DNA from: Takakia lepidozioides
Taxonomy: Eukaryota > Plantae > Bryophyta
Direction: 5' to 3'
Assembly (NCBI GenBank): GCA_030704615.1
Contig: CM060734.1
Span: 17,174,001-17,238,000, forward strand
Length of the DNA stretch: 64,000 nt
In this document: one piece after another, positions 60,987-64,000 of the stretch
How positions within the stretch are numbered: the stretch's first letter is position 1
Layout of the letters: each line of letters opens with the position of its first letter
The notes under the pieces: generated by a model
Seen by the model: only the letters and a program-made list of their open reading frames with translations
Told to the model about the DNA's origin: nothing
Database searches by the model: none
Program-made: the position numbers and the translations under genes

Positions 60987-63900
60987 TCAATGATTTCTGG
61001 AATCCCTAAGGAGGAGTTTGTGCAGCTCGTTCATGCTCAACGCCGGTGCATGAATAAAGTCATCAATAGTCACGTTCATCCTCAACCTCTTCAGGTAAAT
61101 GTAATACAGATGCTTGCACGGATAATACTTCGAACCCTTCTTTGCTTCCATCAACGAGAAGTCCGTACAGTTGCAAGTCGGCTCCACTCCAATCGTAATT
61201 GTGTATACATCGTCGCGTACAGCCGAGCCGGCCGTTGCCATCCGATACACACGCCCAAGGCCGGGTGGGGGTACGTCCACGGAGCTCTGAATAGTGCAAG
61301 CCATCCCAAGAGCATTGGCAATCCGAGTCTCATTCAACTTGTTGGGAGGGTGTCGTCTCTTCACTCTTCCGAATCGCATTGTGGGATGTGCAAATTGTCC
61401 AATCCGTCTCTACTGGACCGAGCAGTCTGCAATGGCTGGGTCTGAGGAACCGGAAATGCGTGGGCCGGGATGTCTGTGCGTTGCACCATTCGAAATCCTG
61501 CTGCAGATAGAGCATCCGCCTCATTCTGAGAGAGGCTGCAACCCGGTGCAACAGGCCAGACGCCCGGAGGCTCCGGCATTCCCTGAATCCCGTACTTGGG
61601 CTTGCCAAATACACAGGTCATTATGTCGTGCCTACAGAACCAAAATGTCTGCGTTGTGGCGTGAGCAAATGTGGGAGTCAAAAATCTGCCGCTGAAACAA
61701 GGTGCAGGTACAGCACCGTGTGGGTTCCTCCGAATCATCTCACCACAGCGTGCTCTCGTATCCACCCGGACGGCGCAACACTTCCCTCGAAATGCCGGCA
61801 ATGTCCTCGCAATTCTCCACTGTGACTCCGACACTCTTGTCTCCACAATGGGAATGTTGTATTGCTTTACTACAGATGGCTCGTTATGTTGCCGGGGCAC
61901 GCGCCCTGTGCTCAAAGGAGATGGCGATCTTGAACGTGCAGGACTTCCGGTGCTCGACGAGACCTCCTCGGACAACATCACCGGACCACGAGGGAGCGTG
62001 CGAATATTCTTGTCAGCTCGCCATGAATCCTCTTCTCCCCAGGTGCCTCGTCAAGTCTTCGTCTCACTGGACGGGTATGAACATCTCCTTCCAAATGTTG
62101 GCCTCTTCGCAGCAATGGCGTGTCCCGAAGGCCCTCCCGCAAGGCCGCCGCCCACTTCTGAGGATTCTTCGATCTGGAGGCAGTCCGCATCAGCATTTCC
62201 TGCCTGTCCGGCCCCAAGCCCCACTGTTTCCCTTTCAAGAACTCGTTGTACCTGCATTGCTGCATAATTGACCTCACAATGTCCTCCGTTGTGGCAGTGA
62301 GGATGTCCACCAGATGCGCCGCAGAGGAGGCACGCCAGGAAGAGTGCACTGATTCGGCCATGTTTGTCGTGGGCATGTCGGTGTCGGAGTCGAGACACAT
62401 TTCCTGCACAAGCACATGTTCAGGTTACAAGCAAGTTACAAATATGGCCAAGAATAATATCCAACGGGACGCGAATTCGTGCAACTCACCTCCCGCATAT
62501 AGTCGCCGAACTGGAGGAAACGATAATGCCACCATGCTAGCCAACTGACCATTGCTCCTTCGTCTGATTTCCTTACAGCACCTGACGATGTCCACCAAGC
62601 CCGTATGCATGCAAACTGTGTCTCTGCATCATCCAAGGTGGGAGCGCGCTTCCACGCAAGGCACATGGAACGGTGCTCCTCTCTGAAATCTGGCGCCACG
62701 AGCCTGGTTGTGTACTGCGAAAGGCTCTGCAGAAAATGGAACCCACAAGATCTCTCCTTGCCTTCCATGGGAACATTGGGGTCTTGCCCGTACACCCTTC
62801 GGATGGCAGCCCAATTTGCTTGTGCGTTGTCCGCCATGAAACCACGGAAATTGGGAGGGGGCAATCCCGCCTTGGCCATCTGTTCGTTTATTCCCTGCCA
62901 AAGAAGCATCTCCGATTGTGTGTCCTCTCCTTTCATCTCACAAATAGCAATTGTCATTAGCATCCTGCAGTGGGTGTCGTAGACATGTGCACCCATTGTC
63001 ACCCACTGGTGATTTGTAATTCGCTTGATATGGTCGAACATGACCCAACTGTTTGACAAGTTCCCACTCGTCATCCTGTCGACCAGTTCGACGCCACTGC
63101 CAGGTCCACACGTGGAATTTTGAATACGAAACAACGATCTGCCTCAGTCCCTTGTCCTGGAAACCTACTTCCATGAATGTAGTCATATCCACATCGTCGC
63201 TTCACCTCCAGAATGGAGTGCATATCCGAGCCACGCCCAATTTTCTGTTTGCATGAGACAATGTGGTTTCGGACATTCGGTGAACATACGTGGGACACCG
63301 ACTCCAGCAATGCCTCCATTTCCTTCTCGTCGAGAGGAACTCTATCGGAGCCGTCTTCCGACATAATTCTGGCCAATGCCATCTTATGGGCGGCTTGGAG
63401 CTGTATCTGTTTGGGTTTGGCACCCGGTCTCAACTTAACCTCCTCCTGAACGAGCTGCTCTGCTTCGTGGGCAGCCTCCCGCGAGTTCCCCCTCGCCAAT
63501 TTGTGACAATGGGAACCAACGTGTATGCAAGCTCGGGTGAGGTCGGGGAAACGGTGCAACACATAGAACTGCTTGGCATTACAAACAGACATGCAGTGTG
63601 GTGGTTCTTTGCAATGCGCACACTTAAATGTGGAGTTCGGAACCTTCTCCTGAGCTCGAAATGGTTGGTGAGCTGTGCCTGTCCAATCGGTCTCGTTCCT
63701 GTGACCTCTGGATTTAAAGTGGAAGCAAGTTGGGGAGAAACACCGCAACGCGCCCGCACAAACAACGTAGCGCACCCGCACACCATCAAGCATCTTCATG
63801 CTGGTGGTTTTGGTAACGCACCAAGGATGACCGTCATGTTTTCTATCCATATCTGTCAACAATCCGGACGCCCTCGAGTAGTCCGCCCGAGGAGGGAACT

Positions 63901-64000
63901 CAAAGAAGATATTACCGTCGACGTCGGCGGGAAGGCATGTAACCGATTTAATTGCGAACTTGCTGTAGTCCAGCCCGCCCAGCTCCGACCGGTGTCCCTC
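60987..64000 (-). pseudogene. GCM-like DNA-binding domain, MULE DDE transposase and SWIM zinc finger; intron at 62404-62489; frameshifted
   Basis: MDRKHDGHPW...CAGALRC....C...CAHC...C...IHVGSHCH (GCM-like); WVMFD, FMADNAQA, CGFH, TTNMAESVH (D, D, CxxH, E); CNCTDF...PCKH (SWIM). Confidence 0.85.

Larger units (their letters stand above)
60227..64000 (-). mobile_element. Mutator-like (MULE) DNA transposon, left end with TIR-like terminus and subterminal array; continues beyond the window
   Basis: Terminus GAGGTTTGCTATTTCATGAGC, array at 60470-60840, transposase gene at 60987-64000. Confidence 0.8.

Overview
This is eukaryotic, repeat-dominated DNA from a land plant. A bryophyte such as a moss is my inference from the TE families and gene types; it is not proven. 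I found only one apparently intact host gene, a two-exon sphingoid base C4-hydroxylase (28889-30780). A decayed DMP/DUF679 gene with a long Gln/Ala repeat tail lies at 41924-45624. The rest is nested, rearranged mobile DNA of three main kinds. (i) Three pieces of a chromodomain Ty3/gypsy family with ~730-bp LTRs, two of them with internal inversions. (ii) Two decayed copies of a Ty3/gypsy family whose pol carries a C5 DNA methyltransferase in frame ahead of RT; the longer copy also has a PHD finger after integrase. (iii) A GCM-MULE-SWIM DNA-transposon family with TIR-like ends and palindromic repeat arrays. The most striking observation is hidden from the ORF track by introns. It is a spliced minus-strand gene (~51228-54000) ending in a prokaryote-type beta-class N4C/N6A DNA-methyltransferase-like domain. 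One of its introns holds the same GGCGCC-palindrome array as the MULE subterminus. The window therefore holds two unrelated TE-associated DNA methyltransferase types and two chromatin readers (chromodomain, PHD). All coordinates were read by eye, and repeat boundaries are approximate.
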